A stretch of 60,238 nt of DNA, filler included, from 6 parts of 6 records of this genome joined end to end with filler, not necessarily neighbours in it; one strand, 5' to 3'. Numbered from the whole stretch's first letter, positions 19,419 to 29,656 are shown. The notes: generated by a model not told the origin, from the letters alone. Numbers and translations are program-made.

Positions 19419-20300
19419 ATGCAAATGCAAAATCCACTGCCGCCGCTGGGCTGGCTGCGCACGTTTGAAGCAGCAGCGCGCCATTTGTCGTTCACCGGGG
19501 CCGCGCGGGATCTGAACATGACCCAAAGTGCGGTGAGCCAGCAGATCAAATCGCTCGAGGGGCATCTGGGGCGCCCCCTGTTTCACCGCCGCCCCCGTGC
19601 GCTGGAACTGACCGAAGCCGGGATCACATACCTGCCCGTAGTCCGCGAGGCCTTTCGCACCTTGGTGCGTGGCACACGGGCGGTTCTGGGCGATCAACAG
19701 AACACCGTTCAGGTTCAATCCAACCTGACCTTTGCAGTCAACTGGCTGGCCCCCCGCCTGCCGGCTTTCCGGGCTCTGCATCCCGAGGTACAGCTGAACA
19801 TTTCAACCGAATTGTGGGAACCCCGCGAAATGGCCGAAGGCGCAGCAGTTGAGGTCCGGTATTCCCTGCGCCCGGCAGATACAGTCCGCACCGAATTGCT
19901 GCGAACCGATCACTACTATCCCGTCTGTGCGCCTGACTTTCCTGTGACGCTGAATACCCTGCAAGACCAACCGCTGTATGACTGTTCCAACCTGCTGTCG
20001 AATTGGGCAAACTGGGCTGAGGATCAGGCTCTAACATGGACCAATCCGCCGATAACCTATGCGACGACCTATATGGTCAGCCTGTCTGTTGCGATGGCTG
20101 GCGGGGGGCTTTGCCTCGCACATGATACAATCGTCCAAGGCCTGATCAAAGACGGCCGCCTGATCGCGCCGTTTGAACACCGCGCAAAAATGCCCGAGGC
20201 CTACTACCTGCTACTGTCCCCCCAAGCCGAAGAAACCCCGGGCGCCATCGCGTTTACCACCTGGCTGCGCGCCGAAATGGCCGCCGAGCAAACGCCCTAA
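19419..20300 (+). CDS. LysR family regulator, GcvA/AmpR-like
   Basis: LPPLGWLRTFEAAARHLSFTGAARDLNMTQSAVSQQIK; WLAPRL. Confidence 0.93.
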   Translation: MQMQNPLPPLGWLRTFEAAARHLSFTGAARDLNMTQSAVSQQIKSLEGHLGRPLFHRRPRALELTEAGITYLPVVREAFRTLVRGTRAVLGDQQNTVQVQSNLTFAVNWLAPRLPAFRALHPEVQLNISTELWEPREMAEGAAVEVRYSLRPADTVRTELLRTDHYYPVCAPDFPVTLNTLQDQPLYDCSNLLSNWANWAEDQALTWTNPPITYATTYMVSLSVAMAGGGLCLAHDTIVQGLIKDGRLIAPFEHRAKMPEAYYLLLSPQAEETPGAIAFTTWLRAEMAAEQTP

Positions 20301-20355
20301 CCCAAAGCCCTCCCGCCCGTCGTCAAGGCCCCTCACGGGACCTCTCCTCCCGTTG

Positions 20356-20394
20356 GGCCCGGCACGCGCGGGCATAGCCCGCGCGTGCCGGGCC
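20356..20394. repeat. Perfect 18-bp inverted repeat, REP-like element
   Basis: GGCCCGGCACGCGCGGGC-ATA-GCCCGCGCGTGCCGGGCC between convergent genes. Confidence 0.8.
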
Positions 20395-20448
20395 TCCCTG
20401 CCGTCCGCAGGACGCAAGACCAAAGGTCGCGCAGATTGGATGGGTAAC

Positions 20449-20877
20449 TTAGCCCTCAGAAATCGGGCGACTGGGCACCCACGCATAGCCATCCGCACAC
20501 AGAATATAGCTCTCGCGCAGCCCATGCGGTTTGTTCGCGGCCTCTTGCAGTACCATCGCCCCCGCCGCCTTGGCCCGTTCGACGGCTGCATCGGGATCTG
20601 TTTCGTACAGACGTATTTCTAAGCCTGCCCCGCGTGGTGGGTTCTCTGGCAGCAGCCCCAGCAGGGGATTCGAATGATAGGTCTGATCCGAATGCAGCTG
20701 AAACACCTGATCGCCATAGGTGACAATCGCAAAATCCGCCGTCACCTGATGCGACTTCATCTCAAAAACAGTCTCTAAAAAAGCGCATTCTGCCCTAACG
20801 TCCCGCACCAGCAGGTTCAAACCGATCCCGCGCAAAGACCGCCCAAACCCACCTGCATCTATTGTCTCGTAATCCAC
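20449..20877 (-). CDS. VOC/glyoxalase family protein
   Basis: GLNLLVRDV, FQLH, EIRLY, KPHGLRE, DGYAW; GTG start. Confidence 0.85.
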   Translation of the reverse strand: MDYETIDAGGFGRSLRGIGLNLLVRDVRAECAFLETVFEMKSHQVTADFAIVTYGDQVFQLHSDQTYHSNPLLGLLPENPPRGAGLEIRLYETDPDAAVERAKAAGAMVLQEAANKPHGLRESYILCADGYAWVPSRPISEG

Positions 20878-21021
20878 TGGCCCACCTCCGCTCGCATTCC
20901 ACCTGAAACTCTGCCCCTCCGCCCCGACTACAGCAAGACCTTCCCGCCCCGTAACATGACCCTTTTATGATACCGCAACACGGGGGGTTGCACCCGCCGC
21001 AACATTCGGGAAAGTTGTGAC

Positions 21022-22824
21022 ATGGAACATACCCCTTTCCCAAGCTGGCCCGACGTCGCCCCCCAATTGATCGCCGTAGCAGCAGGCCGCGCGCCTGCAG
21101 ATACTGTCATCCGAGGCGGCATATGGGTGAACGTGCACACCCGTGAAACGCTGCCCGATCATTCCATTGCCATTGTTGCAGGTCGCATCGCCTATGTAGG
21201 ACCTGACGCCAGCCACTGCATTGGACCTGACACGCAGATCATCGAGGCCAATGGGCGTTATATGCTGCCCGGTCTGTGCGACGCACATATGCATATTGAA
21301 TCGGGCATGCTAACCCCTGCAGAATTCGCCCGTGCCGTTATCCCGCATGGCACCACCTCAATGTTCACCGACCCGCATGAGATCGCCAACGTTCTGGGTC
21401 TCGACGGGGTGCGCATGATGCATGACGAGGCGCTGCTGCAACCCGTCAATATCTTTACCCAAATGCCATCCTGCGCGCCCTCGGCCCCGGGACTGGAGAC
21501 AACCGGATACGAAATCACCCCTGATGACGTCGCCGAGGCAATGACATGGCCCGGTATCATCGGTTTGGGCGAAATGATGAATTTCCCCGGCGTGACCAAT
21601 GCCGACCCCAAGATGTTGGCGGAAATCGCTGCCACCCAACGCGCCGGTAAGACCGTCGGCGGGCACTATGCCTCGCCCGATCTGGGACCAGACTTTGCCG
21701 CTTACGTTGCTGGTGGACCGGCGGATGACCACGAAGGCACCTGCGAAGCCGACGCCATTGCCCGGATGCGTCAGGGTATGCGGTCCATGATCCGGCTAGG
21801 CTCGGCTTGGTATGACGTGGAAACACAAATCACGGCGATAACCGAAAAAGGTCTGGATCCACGCAACATGATCCTGTGCACCGATGACTGCCATTCGGGC
21901 ACCTTGGTCAATGACGGCCACATGAACCGGGTTGTGCGTCACGCCATTGCGTGCGGATGCGATCCGCTGATCGCGCTGCAAATGGCCACCATCAACACCG
22001 CGACGCATTTCGGTTTGGAACGCGACATCGGGTCGATCACGCCGGGGCGTCGGGCCGACATTATCCTCAGCTCGGACCTGACTGACCTGCCAATCGAACT
22101 CGTCATCGCGCGGGGCCAAATCGTGGCTGAAAACGGCTCTATTCAAGTCGATTGCCCCCATTTCGACTGGCCCGACCACGCCCGCGGCACGGTTCATCTG
22201 GGTCACAGCCTAACCGGCACCGATTTCGAAATCCATGCACCCGATGGGGCAAATTCGGTCCGCGCCAATGTCATCGGCATGGTTGAAAATCAAGCCCCGA
22301 CCAAAGCGCTCAAGGCCGACCTGCCGGTACAGGATGGCTTGGTCCAAGGGGACGGTGACACCTGCCAGATCGCGCTGGTGGAACGCCACCGCGCGACGGG
22401 GGGCGTCACAAACGCCTTTGTGTCGGGCTTTGGCTACGCCGGCGCCATGGCGATGGCCTCGACCGTCGCTCATGACAGCCACCACATGATCGTGGTCGGC
22501 ACCGACCGGGATCAGATGGCACTGGCCGCCAACCGCCTAGCCGAGGTCGGCGGCGGTGTCACCCTGTTCAAGGACGGTCAAGAACTGGCATTGGTCGAAC
22601 TCCCCATTGCGGGCCTGATGTCCGACAACCCCGCGACCGAGGTCGCCGCCAAAGCCGACACATTGGTCGCCGCGATGCAGGCCTGCGGCTGCTCGCTGAA
22701 CAACGCTTATATGCAACACTCCTTGCTGGCGCTTGTTGTCATCCCCGAACTGCGCATCTCGGACAAAGGATTGGTAGACGTGCGCACCTTTGAAATGATC
22801 GACCTGCTGGAGCCCGCTGAATGA
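21022..22824 (+). CDS. ade: Adenine deaminase (Ade/AdeC type)
   Basis: PGLCDAHMHIES, DPHEIANV, GEMMNFPG, DDHE, CTDD, TVAHDSHH. Confidence 0.95.
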   Translation: MEHTPFPSWPDVAPQLIAVAAGRAPADTVIRGGIWVNVHTRETLPDHSIAIVAGRIAYVGPDASHCIGPDTQIIEANGRYMLPGLCDAHMHIESGMLTPAEFARAVIPHGTTSMFTDPHEIANVLGLDGVRMMHDEALLQPVNIFTQMPSCAPSAPGLETTGYEITPDDVAEAMTWPGIIGLGEMMNFPGVTNADPKMLAEIAATQRAGKTVGGHYASPDLGPDFAAYVAGGPADDHEGTCEADAIARMRQGMRSMIRLGSAWYDVETQITAITEKGLDPRNMILCTDDCHSGTLVNDGHMNRVVRHAIACGCDPLIALQMATINTATHFGLERDIGSITPGRRADIILSSDLTDLPIELVIARGQIVAENGSIQVDCPHFDWPDHARGTVHLGHSLTGTDFEIHAPDGANSVRANVIGMVENQAPTKALKADLPVQDGLVQGDGDTCQIALVERHRATGGVTNAFVSGFGYAGAMAMASTVAHDSHHMIVVGTDRDQMALAANRLAEVGGGVTLFKDGQELALVELPIAGLMSDNPATEVAAKADTLVAAMQACGCSLNNAYMQHSLLALVVIPELRISDKGLVDVRTFEMIDLLEPAE

Positions 22825-23459
22825 GCACCCTCAAGACCCCGAACACCCCGGCCCCCACAGAATTCACCGATCCCCTAGCAGCCGTCGCCCGGTTGGAGGA
22901 GTTGTACACACAGGCCACCACATTCCTGTGCGACAGCTTTAGTGATGTGCTGGCCACCGGCCCGGCAGATGCATTCTTTCGCGCCTACTACCCCGAAATT
23001 CGGATCACCACGACCAGCTACACCCAGATCGACACGCGGCTCAGCTTTGGTCATGTGGCGAACCCGGGCACCCATGCCACCACGATCACCCGCCCCGATC
23101 TGTTTCGCGCCTACCTGACCCAACAGATTGCGCTGCTGATCCAGAACCACGGCCAACCCGTCACAATCGGCACATCAACCACCCCAATCCCGGTGCACTT
23201 TGCCGTGGCCGCCAACCCCAACATCACCGTCCCGCAAGAGGGCGCAGCCGGGTTCACCCTGCGTGACATGTTTGATGTGCCGGACCTGTCCACAACCAAC
23301 GACGATATCGTCAATGGCACCCATGTCCCGGAAAACGGCACCGGCCCGCTGGCCCTGTTCACCGCCCAGCGCATTGATTACTCGCTGGCCCGCCTGTCCC
23401 ATTACACCGCCACCGACGCCGAACATTTTCAGAACCACGTGCTGTTCACCAACTACCAG
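22821..23459 (+). CDS. amn: AMP nucleosidase, 3'-truncated
   Basis: YYPEIR, TITRPDLF, IPVHFA, DDIVNG, RIDYSLARLSHYT, FQNHVLFTNYQ. Confidence 0.92.
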
Positions 23460-23559
23460 NNNNNNNNNNNNNNNNNNNNNNNNNNNNNNNNNNNNNNNNN
23501 NNNTTAATTAATTAANNNNNNNNNNNNNNNNNNNNNNNNNNNNNNNNNNNNNNNNNNNN
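23460..23559. other. Artificial contig spacer
   Basis: N44-TTAATTAATTAA-N44. Confidence 0.99.
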
Positions 23560-23561
23560 AG

Positions 23562-24086
23562 TTCTCGGGCGGGCAGCGGCAGCGCATCGCCATCGCCCGC
23601 GCGCTGGCGATGGAGCCCGACCTTCTGGTTCTGGACGAGGCGGTGGCCTCGCTCGACGTGTCCATCCAGGCGCAGGTGCTGAACCTCTTCATGGACCTGC
23701 GCAGGCGGCTGGGGCTGACGGCGATCTTCATCAGCCACGACCTTGGCGTGGTGCGCCACGTCTGCGACCGCGTCGCGATCATGTACCTTGGTCGCGTGGT
23801 GGAAACCGGCAGCGCCGAGGCGCTTTATACCGACCCGCAGCACCCCTACACCCGGGCGCTTCTGGCCTCTGTCCCGACGCTGGGCACGGGCCGCGCGGCG
23901 TTCCAGCCGATCAAGGGAGAGATCCCCTCGCCGCTGAACCCGCCGCCGGGCTGCGCCTTCCATCCGCGCTGCCCGCACGCCGGGCCGCGCTGCCGGGCCG
24001 AGGTGCCCGCGCTGGTCCCGGCGGGCCCCGGTCAGGCGGCCTGCCATCTGCACGACGGCGGCACAGGACAGGAGCAAGCGGCATGA
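23562..24086 (+). CDS. Oligopeptide/dipeptide ABC transporter ATPase (OppF-like), 5'-truncated
   Basis: [33 protein letters not shown]-terminal domain. Confidence 0.92.
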   Translation, partial: FSGGQRQRIAIARALAMEPDLLVLDEAVASLDVSIQAQVLNLFMDLRRRLGLTAIFISHDLGVVRHVCDRVAIMYLGRVVETGSAEALYTDPQHPYTRALLASVPTLGTGRAAFQPIKGEIPSPLNPPPGCAFHPRCPHAGPRCRAEVPALVPAGPGQAACHLHDGGTGQEQAA

Positions 24087-25546
24087 GCGACCTTGGCACC
24101 CGCGTCGGGCGGATCAACGACATTCTCTGCGGCGTGAACCTGCTGCAATGGGACAGCCGCACCAAGATGCCGGCGGGCGGCGCCGCCGCGCGCGGCCAGC
24201 AGATCGCCACGCTGAAGGGGCTGGCGCGCGAGATGATCCTTGCGCCGGAAACGCAGGCCGCCGCCGAGGCCGCGCTGGACGGTCCCGACGCCGACGCCGC
24301 CCGCGTGGTTCTGGAGGCTGCGGCCTATCACGCCGCCCTGCCCGCCGCGCTGCTTCAGGCGCAGGCCGAACAGGGCGCCGAGGCCGGTCAGGCGTGGCAA
24401 GAGGCGCGCCGCACCGCCGATTTCGCGCTGTTCCGGCCCTATCTGGAACGCTCCGTCGACCTCGCGCGCCAGCAGGCTCAGGCGCTGGGGTACGACGCGC
24501 ACCCCTACGACCCGCTCGTGGATCTTTACGAGCCGGGCGAGACGGCGGCCTCTCTCACGGCGCTCTTCGACGGGCTGCGCGCGGGCATCCGGCCAATTCT
24601 CGACGCGGCGCGGGACAGGGAGCCGCCCCGGCGCGACTTCCTCTTCCGCCACTACCCGAAGGCGGACCAGCAGCGCCTTTGCCACAAGCTCGCGGCGCTG
24701 ATGGGCTACGACTTCGACCGGGGGCGGCTGGACACCACCGTCCACCCCTTCGAGATCTCGATGACGCGCGGCGACGTGCGCATCACCTCGCGCTGGCGCG
24801 AGGATTACCTGCCCATGGCGATCTTCGGCTCGCTGCACGAGACCGGCCATGCGATGTACGAACAGGGCGTGGCGCCGGGCCTGACGCGCACCGCCTTCGC
24901 GACCGACCTGCGGCTGCTCTACGCCGTGGGCGGCACCAGCTTCGGCATGCACGAAAGCCAGTCGCGGCTGGTCGAGAACCACATCGGCCGCGCGCTGCCC
25001 TTCTGGCAGGCGCATTTCGGCCTTCTGCGCGATGCCTTCCCCGAGCAGTTGCGCGACGTGACCGCCAAGGACTGGCACGCGGCGATCAACCACAGCGCCC
25101 CCGGCCTGACGCGGGTCGAGGCGGACGAACTGACCTACGACCTGCACATCATGCTGCGGGTGCGGCTGGAAATGGCGCTGCTGGACGGCAGCCTTTCGGT
25201 GGCCGACCTGCCCGAGGCGTGGAACGCCGCGATGCAGGAGGACCTTGGCCTGACGGTGCCGGACGACGGCGCGGGCTGTCTGCAGGACGTGCATTGGTCG
25301 ATGGGCTATTTCGGGTCCTTCCCGACCTATACGGTGGGCAATGTCACCGCCGCCGCGCTCTTTGCCGAGGCACGGCAGGACGCCGGGCGGCAGGCCGCGC
25401 TGGAGCGGGGCGACCCCGCGCCGGTGCTGGCTTTCCTCGAGGACAAGGTCTGGCGGCACGGGCGCACCAAAACCCGCGCCGAGATCTGCGGGCCGATGGA
25501 CACGGGCCCCTATCTCGCCCACCTCGAGGCCCGCTTCGCCGGGTGA
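24083..25546 (+). CDS. Carboxypeptidase, M32 (Taq) family
   Basis: [35 protein letters not shown]. Confidence 0.95.
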   Translation: MSDLGTRVGRINDILCGVNLLQWDSRTKMPAGGAAARGQQIATLKGLAREMILAPETQAAAEAALDGPDADAARVVLEAAAYHAALPAALLQAQAEQGAEAGQAWQEARRTADFALFRPYLERSVDLARQQAQALGYDAHPYDPLVDLYEPGETAASLTALFDGLRAGIRPILDAARDREPPRRDFLFRHYPKADQQRLCHKLAALMGYDFDRGRLDTTVHPFEISMTRGDVRITSRWREDYLPMAIFGSLHETGHAMYEQGVAPGLTRTAFATDLRLLYAVGGTSFGMHESQSRLVENHIGRALPFWQAHFGLLRDAFPEQLRDVTAKDWHAAINHSAPGLTRVEADELTYDLHIMLRVRLEMALLDGSLSVADLPEAWNAAMQEDLGLTVPDDGAGCLQDVHWSMGYFGSFPTYTVGNVTAAALFAEARQDAGRQAALERGDPAPVLAFLEDKVWRHGRTKTRAEICGPMDTGPYLAHLEARFAG

Positions 25547-25747
25547 GGCCGGGCGGAAAGCCCTTGGCCGCGCAGCGGTCGGGAGTCTGGGAGTGGCCGG
25601 AAAGGGCTTTCCCCCTGCCGCGCGGTCAGGGCGCCTCAGGGGCGTTTGGTCCGTGACGCGCGCGCCGGTTTACGGGCGCTTCGGGGGAGGGTCGGCGTGG
25701 TCCCGGCAAGCCGCAGCGCGTGCGCCGCGCCGCGCGCCTCTTGCGCC

Positions 25748-26542
25748 CTAGCCGTTCGCCGAACCGAAGAGCGTGCCCATTCCGCCGTCCACGCGCAGGT
25801 CCACCCCGGTGACGAAGCCCGCCGCGTCCGAGGCGAGGAAGAGCGCCGCCTCCGCCACGTCCCATGCGGTGCCCTGACGGCCCATCGGCACCTTGGCTGC
25901 CCGCGCGCGGGCCAGCGCCTCGGGGTCGGTGCCCGGACCGATGAAGCTGGCGGCGTGGGGCGTGTCGATCATCCCCGGCAGGACGCAGTTGGCGCGGACC
26001 CCGCGCCCGGCGTATTCGATGGCCACCGACTTCGACAACCGTTGCAGCGCCGCCTTCGACGCCTCGTAACCGACGTAGCGGTAAGGCCCGTTCGACTCCC
26101 CCGCGAGGCTGGAGATGTAGACGATGGCGCCGCCGCCGTCCTCGAGCAGCGGCAGCGCCGCCTGCGTGCAGTGGAAAGCCGCGTCGAGGTTCACCGCGAA
26201 GACCTTTTGCCAGTCGTCGAAACTGGTCTGTTCGACGCCGCCCGGCGTGCTGATGCCGATGTTGAAATGCAGGATGTCGAGGCCCCCCATGGCGCGCGCC
26301 GCCTCTGCCATGGCGCCTGCCGCGTCCGGGTCGGTCATGTCCCCGGCAAAGACCTGCGCCACGCCGCCCTCGCCCCGGATCAGCGCCGCCGTCGCCTCGG
26401 CGGCCTCCGCGTTGCGATCGACGCAAAGCACCTCGGCCCCCTCGCGGGCGTAGAGCACCGCCGCCGCCTTGCCGTTGCCCCAGCCCTCGCCGACCGATCC
26501 GGCGCCGATCACCACGGCGTATTTGCCCGCCACCCGGCCCAT
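25748..26542 (-). CDS. Short-chain dehydrogenase/reductase
   Basis: GAGSVGEGWGNG, YEASK, PGMIDTP, VDGG; real start ATG 26542 overlaps the dctM stop. Confidence 0.92.
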   Translation of the reverse strand: MGRVAGKYAVVIGAGSVGEGWGNGKAAAVLYAREGAEVLCVDRNAEAAEATAALIRGEGGVAQVFAGDMTDPDAAGAMAEAARAMGGLDILHFNIGISTPGGVEQTSFDDWQKVFAVNLDAAFHCTQAALPLLEDGGGAIVYISSLAGESNGPYRYVGYEASKAALQRLSKSVAIEYAGRGVRANCVLPGMIDTPHAASFIGPGTDPEALARARAAKVPMGRQGTAWDVAEAALFLASDAAGFVTGVDLRVDGGMGTLFGSANG

Positions 26543-27906
26543 CAGTCGAAGACCTTGTTCGGCAGCCACATCGCCAGATCCGGCCAGGCGATGGCCACAC
26601 CGAGGATCACCAGCTGCAAGAGCACGAAGGGGATGATCCCCCGGTAGATGTCGCGCATCGACAACAGGTTGCCCGCCGCGCCCTTGAGGTAGAAGAGCGC
26701 AAAGCCGAAGGGTGGCGTCAGGAAGGAGGTTTGCAGGTTCAGCGAGACGAGGATGGCGAACCAGTAGATCATGTCGCCCCGCGCCACGTGCTCGCCAAGG
26801 TCCATGACCTGCACGATGGGCGCGAAGATCGGCAGCATGATCAGCGTGATCTCGATCCAGTCGAAGAAGAAGCCCATGACGAAGACCATGCCCATCATGG
26901 CGATCAGCAGGCCCCAGTCGCCGAAAGGCAGCGCATTGGCGGTCTCGACGATGAAGTGCTCGCCGCCGACCTTGCGGAAGATGTAGCTGAAGGCGGTCGC
27001 GCCGACGAAGATGAAGAACAGCATCCCCAGCGAGCGGATGGAGCCGTCCATGCTTTCCGACAGGCTGGCGCGGTTCAGGCGGCCACGCAGCGCGCCCAGC
27101 AGCAGCGCGGCAAAGACGCCGACGCCAGAGGCCTCGGTCGGCGTGGCGATGCCGCCGAGGATCGAGCCCAGCACGGCCACGATCATGACCAGCGGCGCCA
27201 GCACCGATTTCAGCGACTCCAGCCACAGCCCGGCGCGGTCCTCGTCCCAGGCGGGCTGGCGAGGCGCGATAGAGGGTTGCAGGGCAGAGCGCAGGACGAT
27301 GTAGACCACATAGGCGCCCGACAGCAGCAGCCCCGGCATCAGCGCGGCGACGAACAGCCGCCCCAGCGAGATCGACAGCAGGTCGCCCATGAAGACCAGC
27401 ATCACCGAGGGCGGGATCAGGATGCCCAGCGTTCCCGCGCTGGCCACCGTACCTGCGGCAAGGCCCTTGTCATAGCCGCGCTCCACCATGGTCGGGATCG
27501 CCAGCGCAGTCAGCATCACCACCGAGGCGCCGATGATGCCGGTGGCGGCGGCGAGGATCGTGCCCATCAGCACCACCGCCAGCGCAAGACCGCCGGGCAC
27601 CACGCGCATCAGCCGTTGCAGCGTCAGAAGCAGGTCTTCGGCGATGCGTGTCTTCTCCATGATGAGACCCATGAAGATGAACATGGGCGCGGCGACCAGA
27701 ACGCCATTCTCGATGGTGCCGGAAAAGATCCGGTTGGGCAGCAGCGTTGCATGAACCAGCCGCATGTCGCCGGTCCAGACGGCGAGCAGGCCGAAGACCA
27801 GCGAAATGCCCATGAGCATGATCGCCACGGGCGCACCCGAGAAGAGTGCCACCACCAGCGACAGGAACATCGCGCCGGGCAGCGCGGCAGAGATCAACTC
27901 GATCAT
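26542..27906 (-). CDS. TRAP transporter large permease (DctM)
   Basis: AAPMFIFMG, GTLGILIPPS, ATPTEAS, QTSFLTPPFG. Confidence 0.95.
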   Translation of the reverse strand: MIELISAALPGAMFLSLVVALFSGAPVAIMLMGISLVFGLLAVWTGDMRLVHATLLPNRIFSGTIENGVLVAAPMFIFMGLIMEKTRIAEDLLLTLQRLMRVVPGGLALAVVLMGTILAAATGIIGASVVMLTALAIPTMVERGYDKGLAAGTVASAGTLGILIPPSVMLVFMGDLLSISLGRLFVAALMPGLLLSGAYVVYIVLRSALQPSIAPRQPAWDEDRAGLWLESLKSVLAPLVMIVAVLGSILGGIATPTEASGVGVFAALLLGALRGRLNRASLSESMDGSIRSLGMLFFIFVGATAFSYIFRKVGGEHFIVETANALPFGDWGLLIAMMGMVFVMGFFFDWIEITLIMLPIFAPIVQVMDLGEHVARGDMIYWFAILVSLNLQTSFLTPPFGFALFYLKGAAGNLLSMRDIYRGIIPFVLLQLVILGVAIAWPDLAMWLPNKVFD

Positions 27907-28424
27907 ATCCGCGCCTCCAGATCGGGGTTTCTCAGCGCGGCAAGGCAGCGGAACAGCACCGACAGCCCGCCGAAGATGGTCAGCACCGCGCCGATGGGAA
28001 TGGCGGATTTGATGATCCAGCGGTTCGACAGGCCGACCCCGCCGGGCGAGCCTTCGCCGCGCTGGAAGCTGCGCAGGGTGAAGTCATAGCCGTACCATGT
28101 CAGCAGAGCCATGAAGGGCACGAGGAAGGCCACGATGGCCACGATCTCGAACCACAGCCGGGTGTTGCGGCGCATGTGCTGGCTGATGAGGTCGATGCGG
28201 ACGTGGGCGTTCTCGACATAGGCATAGCCGAAACACAGCACCGCGATGGCGCCGTGCAGGTGCCACTCCAGCTCCTGCAACTTGAACGAGCCGGTGGAGA
28301 AGAACCGCCGCCCGACTACGTCGTAGAGGATGACGGCCATCAGCACCAGCAAGAGCCAGCCGCAGAGTTTGGCCACCGCCCGGCACGGCAGCGCCAGCCG
28401 TTCGGACCACGTCAGCAATGTCAT
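27903..28424 (-). CDS. TRAP transporter small permease (DctQ)
   Basis: ELEWHL, HVRID, four TM segments. Confidence 0.93.
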   Translation of the reverse strand: MTLLTWSERLALPCRAVAKLCGWLLLVLMAVILYDVVGRRFFSTGSFKLQELEWHLHGAIAVLCFGYAYVENAHVRIDLISQHMRRNTRLWFEIVAIVAFLVPFMALLTWYGYDFTLRSFQRGEGSPGGVGLSNRWIIKSAIPIGAVLTIFGGLSVLFRCLAALRNPDLEARI

Positions 28425-28476
28425 GAGAAACCCGTGAGCGAAGGGCCGGGCGGCGCGTCAGCCGCCCGGCAGCCGG

Positions 28477-29499
28477 TTACTTGATGTAGGCGAGGTCCGC
28501 CCACTTTGCGAAGTCCGTGCGGAACTGCGACAGGCTTTCCCACGCGCGCTTGAAGTCGGCGTCGGCTTCGGATTGCTCGGCCGCGACCTCATCCCATGCG
28601 CCGCGGAAGGCCGCCATCATCTCGTCGTTCCACTTGTGGACCTTGACGCCCGCCGCTTCGAGATCGGCCAGCGGCTGAAGCTGCTTGGCCTCGCCCTCGG
28701 CGGCGGTCAGGGCGACGTTGGCGGCGCAGGCGGTCTGGATCGCGAACTGCTTCTGCTCGTCCAGCCCGTCCCAGACGTCCTGATTGATGATGAAGGTGAT
28801 GAGCGAGGTCTGCTGGTGCCAGCCGGGGAAGTAGTAGTTGCCGGCATAGTCGTTCATCGACACGGCCTGGTCAATCAGCGGGAAGGACACTTCGGCGGCG
28901 TCGATGGTGCCTAGACGCAGGCCGGTCAGCGTGTCGGCCACCGGCATCGACTGCGCCTCGACGCCCAGCTTCTGCATGACGTTGGCGCCAAGGCCGAAGA
29001 TCCGCATCTTCACGCCTTGCAGGTCCGCGGGCGTGTTCACCTCTTCGGCGAACCAGCCCGAGGCCTCGGGGACGAGGATCGTGCACAGTTCCGTGTGGAT
29101 GTTGTAGGGCGCGGTGATCTCGGCCCAGATGTCCTTGCCGCCGCCGTGATACCACCACGCGGTGTATTCCCGCACGTCCGGGCCGAAGGGCACGGCGGTG
29201 AAGATCGCGGCCGAGGGGATGATGCCCTGAGCGAAGCCCGGAGAATACCAGCCCGCGTCGACCGCGCCGGTGCTGATCGCGTCCCACATCTCGTTGCCGC
29301 CGACGATGGCGCCGGGTTCGTTGAACTCGATGGTCAGCTCGCCGCCGGTCAGCTTGGACACCTGCTCCGTCAGGCGCACGCCGCTGTCACCCAGAAGCGG
29401 CAGCGAGGACGGGTAGATCGACTGCATCACCAGATCCTGCGCATGGGCCGCGCCGGTCAGGGCCATGGACAACGCCACGGCAGAGGTCAGGGTCTTCAT
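28477..29499 (-). CDS. TRAP transporter substrate-binding protein (TakP/FcbT1-like DctP)
   Basis: Signal peptide, AVPFG, GWF, KMRIFG, IDAAE, YYFPGWHQ. Confidence 0.93.
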   Translation of the reverse strand: MKTLTSAVALSMALTGAAHAQDLVMQSIYPSSLPLLGDSGVRLTEQVSKLTGGELTIEFNEPGAIVGGNEMWDAISTGAVDAGWYSPGFAQGIIPSAAIFTAVPFGPDVREYTAWWYHGGGKDIWAEITAPYNIHTELCTILVPEASGWFAEEVNTPADLQGVKMRIFGLGANVMQKLGVEAQSMPVADTLTGLRLGTIDAAEVSFPLIDQAVSMNDYAGNYYFPGWHQQTSLITFIINQDVWDGLDEQKQFAIQTACAANVALTAAEGEAKQLQPLADLEAAGVKVHKWNDEMMAAFRGAWDEVAAEQSEADADFKRAWESLSQFRTDFAKWADLAYIK

Positions 29500-29525
29500 G
29501 GGATCTCCTCCAGACTATGATGGTG

Positions 29526-29542
29526 TGTCCATATCGTGGACA
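29526..29542. promoter_or_regulatory. Putative IclR operator 1
   Basis: TGTCCA-tatcg-TGGACA perfect inverted repeat upstream of dctP. Confidence 0.7.
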
Positions 29543-29656
29543 TCTGTTCTTGGGCGTCAGGGTAAGCACCGCCACGGGCAGGTGTAAACAGGAAAGTGCA
29601 ATCCTCTTGCCAAGGCCCGAGCCATCGCGCACGATTGAGAAAGGCGAGGAGAAAAC

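Noticed and set aside
24032-25656. Long alternative ORFs (496 aa minus, 502 aa plus) over the M32 gene
   Set aside because: Shadow frames caused by very high GC. Arg/Gly/Ala-rich with no motifs; the M32 frame carries all family motifs.
26543-27226. N-terminal extension of the 492-aa ORF, suggesting an SDR fusion
   Set aside because: It overlaps dctM out of frame. The SDR starts at ATG 26542, coupled to the dctM stop.
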